A stretch of 64,000 nt of DNA from Raillietiella orientalis (Eukaryota). The translations under genes were made by a program, and so were the position numbers. Shown here one piece after another: positions 61,501 to 64,000 of the stretch. A model generated the notes under the pieces. That model searched no databases, was not told where the DNA came from, and saw only the letters and a program-made list of their open reading frames with translations. The stretch is from NCBI GenBank assembly GCA_036172245.1, contig JAYWIR010000001.1, forward strand, positions 11,160,001 through 11,224,000. The letters run 5' to 3'. Position 1 is the stretch's first letter. Each line of letters begins with the position of its first letter.

Positions 61501-64000
61501 TTACCAAATTCTGAATCCGAAAACTGCCATCCAGTACTGATGGATTGCTAAAAAGGACGATCAAACAGAGCAAGCGCTTTCTTTGCCGTCCTAGGAGAGT
61601 GACGACGAAAACCGACGCTTTTCTCCCTTTGATGCAGAGTCCCTTGCATTTGGAAAATTCTTGACGGTTCTTCCAAGATCACCAGATCCTCGGGCGATTC
61701 GATTTTGATTTCGGCTGGGTGAAAAAAGAAGAGATCCATCATCAAAAGGAAGACGAGAGCAATTTTTTTTCAGCAGCACGCACTCTGTTGCACTTGGCAG
61801 CACTGTTAATGCCCTGCTTTAGCAAAAAGATAGCGAGATTAACAACGACAAATTGGATGAGCATGTTATTAATGTTTCCTTAGCGTCAAAGATCGTTAGT
61901 AAATCACAAAGGAAGCTGCAATTTCGGGTTCGATAAATACATTTATGCTTTCGTGACTGACTTTCAGTTCCGCTAATTGTGTGAATTTAATCAGTGTCCT
62001 TTGTGCGAAAGGCACCACTGGCGTAGAAATAACGCGTGTTTATTCTTGGACACATTCGAGTCAGAACTGTGTCTTCCATCATTCCTGTGTTCAGTGTTGT
62101 TTATAGGAGTAGCGAGAAATATAAATGCTGTCTTGAAAAAAAAAAAAAAGGGGGGGGGGGAAGGCAAAAAAAAAAAAAAAAGCAGTAGGGACAACAACAA
62201 AAAAAGATATTTCATGGGAAGCCAAATTTTCATGGACTTCGTAAATTTCTCGACATCCGCTCGGATATTTGTGCGCGCGCGCGTCTTTTTGGTAAATTTC
62301 GGTAAATGCGTGAAACTCTCTCTCTATCTATCCCTATCTCGTGTATGTGTGTGTGTTCGTTTTTCTGCTTCGTTCACTTACAGACACATCTTTACTAACG
62401 AAGGACGCAATGGAAGGCATAAACGATTTGGATGCCATGAACGTTTTCATGCAAAAAAAAAAAAAAAAAAAGGAAAGAAAGAAGCACACTCTGGCGGAAG
62501 AAACGAAGTCTTTTGTCTTAAGTTACAGCAATGCAAAGTCCCGATGAGAATATGGCAAAACTATAGCCCCCCCCCCCCCCCACTCGATGACAGTCTGCAG
62601 AAATTCTTCTGCGCTGGCGGACGCAATCATCAGCGAAATAGGGGATAACCCAGAATGATAAGGCAAAATTTATTCAGCAAATGAACACGATTGAAATCGT
62701 CGAAGAAATGCACACGCTCCGCTCCGGCCACTTTCGATAAAAATTCGTTCATCGTGATAACCAAAGGTTTCAATTTGTATGCTGCATTTCTGGCCATTCA
62801 GTCGATGGCATAAAGAGCAGTCTTTTGTTGTTTCCAAGTGCTTACACAAGATTGACAAAGCGATAAAAGGAAAACTGCATCCACCTCACACCGACAGTTC
62901 TTACAAGACGGAGAAGAAATTTCAATTAAAAGCTCTCTCATCTGTTTTTCTTTCTTTCCTTTCTTTTCTCTCTTTCTTTCTTTCCTTTTTTCTGCATAAA
63001 AGATGAAAGAGCCGGCGTGCACCAACAGGTCTTCAATAGGAAAACCCTCTGTTGAATCGCCACTTTAAAGCAATTCGGAACCGACAAGTCGAACGTTGAG
63101 GTCCGAACCGGAAAAGTCCGTGAAAATCCGTGAAAACGTCTCGCACTTCAGGCTGTTGGGAAATCCCGGGGTATCCCCCTCCTGGGACACGACGATCCCC
63201 CAGCAGGAGGGATGCTGCTCATCGCGGAAATGAACTGCCGCCTCGGAGACTCCGGCAGACCGACTGGACATTCGCACACGTCTGCACAGCTTCTGATATT
63301 CCTGATTGAACCGCGCACACGTGACGCCGCGGTGCACAACCGTCAACGCCCACACCATGAAGAGCTTCAGCTATAAACGGGAGTTGGGAGCTTTCGGTGA
63401 AGAGATTCGGATCGAGAAGGGCGCATGACCATTTGATGCCAGAAGCATCGTGCGTCTCGTTACGACTGGATCGGACGCTCGGTCGTCAGGTGCGAAACCA
63501 CGAGCTGCTCCGTGCCGCCACCCCACCCCCCTTCTCCAGGGTGGGCCAGCGTGAGCACGCGGCGCTTCCGCTTTTCAGGAAACTGCAAAGGGAGGAACGG
63601 AGGAGTTTCGGTCACACCGGTCAGGGGCCGAGTTCCGCATCCGAAATCCGTCTCTGCGTTACCGGCTGCATGTGCTCAGCATCCCGGCGAAGACGCACGG
63701 GAGCGCGCGCGCGTCTGCGGACCGATGCGGGAGGAGGCGCCCAGGCCACTGCGATGCGGGCGGAAGACGGGAGGATCGAACCGGAGACACCTTCCGGTCC
63801 ATCGGTGCAACCCGGAGGGAAGCAGGGAGAGCTCGAAAGGTGCCAGGGCAAAAAGGCGGCGGATATGATGATGATCAAATGGAACCACTTTGCAGGAGTA
63901 ACCAACCAATCACACTTAAGCGCGCGCGCGCGCGCGCGCGCACACCAACACGCACCGATCTGTGTACGAAAATGAAAAGGCCTGCGCGGGTTCTGAATTC

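Noticed and set aside
1-64000. Prokaryotic-type systems (operons, CRISPR arrays, defence islands), rRNA or intact tRNA genes
   Set aside because: The sequence is spliced animal DNA. I found no repeat-spacer array, rRNA signature or complete cloverleaf.

Overview
This is eukaryotic, GC-rich, intron-containing animal DNA, most likely arthropod; the species cannot be determined from sequence. Most entries in the six-frame ORF track are GC-rich noise. The real coding content is two spliced castor/CASZ1-family zinc-finger genes arranged tail-to-tail. Castor-A is on the + strand (ATG 9385 to stop 20477, 11 modelled coding exons, about 1060 aa). It has 7 Castor-type fingers plus an N-terminal exon with a PLDLS motif, an RNKRKNFLPRNI motif and an acidic tract. 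Castor-B is on the - strand (about 54364 to stop 41597, at least 13 exons, about 1060 aa). It has 11 Castor-type fingers, and no equivalent N-terminal motif exon was found in the window. The two genes share four intron positions and phases and near-identical finger-coding DNA, but their introns show no similarity by eye. Castor-B has very short introns (44-63 nt). The roughly 21 kb between the genes holds heavily decayed non-LTR retrotransposon remnants and a tRNA-like Pol III head. AT-rich islands with homeodomain, Hox-Exd and POU-like sites, a ~270-bp tandem duplication and simple repeats complete the window. Exon models were made by eye from GT-AG sites and phase. Finger-coding exons are secure, low-complexity linker exons are tentative, and all retroelement calls are low confidence.
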